A DNA stretch of 64,000 nucleotides from NCBI RefSeq assembly GCF_044647545.1, contig NZ_CP172818.1. One strand, 5' to 3'. The position numbers and the translations under genes are program-made. The DNA is from Escherichia coli (GTDB lineage: Bacteria; Pseudomonadota; Gammaproteobacteria; Enterobacterales; Enterobacteriaceae). The notes under the pieces are model-generated. The model saw only the letters and a program-made list of their open reading frames with translations, was not told the origin of the DNA and searched no databases. Shown here piece after piece: positions 63,634 through 64,000 of this stretch; within the stretch, counting starts at the first letter, position 1; each line of letters starts with the position of its first letter.

Positions 63634-64000
63634 CAAACGATGATTACATCCGCCTGTTATCGGCACTGTTGCCGCCCGGTCCTGCATGGTCAGCCAGCGA
63701 TCCGGCGATTGCCGGTGCGGCACCTTCATTAACCCGCGTTCATCAGCGTGCGGATGCCCTGATGCGGGAGCTGGATCCGCGCACCACCACTGAACTGATA
63801 AACCGCTGGGAGCGTCTGTGCGGTCTGCCGGATGAATGTATTCCCGCAGGGACACAGACCCTTCGCCAGCGTCAGCAACGGCTGGATGCGAAGGTTAATC
63901 TGGCGGGCGGCATCAATGAGGATTTTTACCTTGCACAGCTTGCTGCCCTGGGCAGACCAGACGCCACTATCACGCGATACGATAAAAGCACGTTCACCTG
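63624..64000 (+). CDS. ymfQ: phage tail/baseplate protein (partial, continues past window end)
   Basis: ATG 63624 overlapping jayE stop (ATGGACGTGA); [23 protein letters not shown]...; no stop in window. Confidence 0.7.

Larger units (their letters stand above)
52945..64000. mobile_element. e14 defective lambdoid prophage, left ~11 kb (continues past window end)
   Basis: tyrosine integrase/excisionase, CI-like/Cro-like switch, terminase/portal/baseplate remnants and the lit exclusion gene immediately after icd; left boundary lies inside the last ~50 codons of icd (from literature) and is not pinpointed from sequence. Confidence 0.85.

Overview
The window reads as Escherichia coli chromosome; gene order and protein lengths match what I recall for K-12 from rne to icd. 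Positions 1-53103 are ordinary core genome: rne (partial), rluC, yceF, yceD-rpmF, plsX-fabH-fabD-fabG-acpP-fabF, pabC-mltG-tmk-holB-ycfH, ptsG, fhuE, hinT-ycfL-lpoB-thiK-nagZ-ycfP, ndh, ycfJ, comR, bhsA, ldtC, mfd, ycfT, lolCDE, nagK, cobB, ycfZ-ymfA, potABCD, pepT, roxA, phoPQ, purB, hflD, mnmA, nudJ, rluE and icd. From the 3' end of icd to the window end lies the left ~11 kb of the defective lambdoid prophage e14: ymfD, ymfE, lit, intE, xisE, ymfI, ymfJ, cohE/croE, ymfL, ymfM, a chimeric replication/terminase ORF, and degraded portal and baseplate genes. I saw no rRNA, tRNA or CRISPR array. No search or folding tool was run; calls rest on the ORF track, protein sequences and motifs I recognise, hand-checked coordinates and synteny. 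I do not see an obviously new multi-gene system in the core part. The best candidates for something undescribed are all in e14: the abutting ymfE-ymfD pair (membrane protein plus SAM methyltransferase) beside the Lit exclusion gene, an octanucleotide tandem repeat in the ymfE/lit divergent promoter region, and a GC-rich structured non-coding segment between xisE and ymfI.
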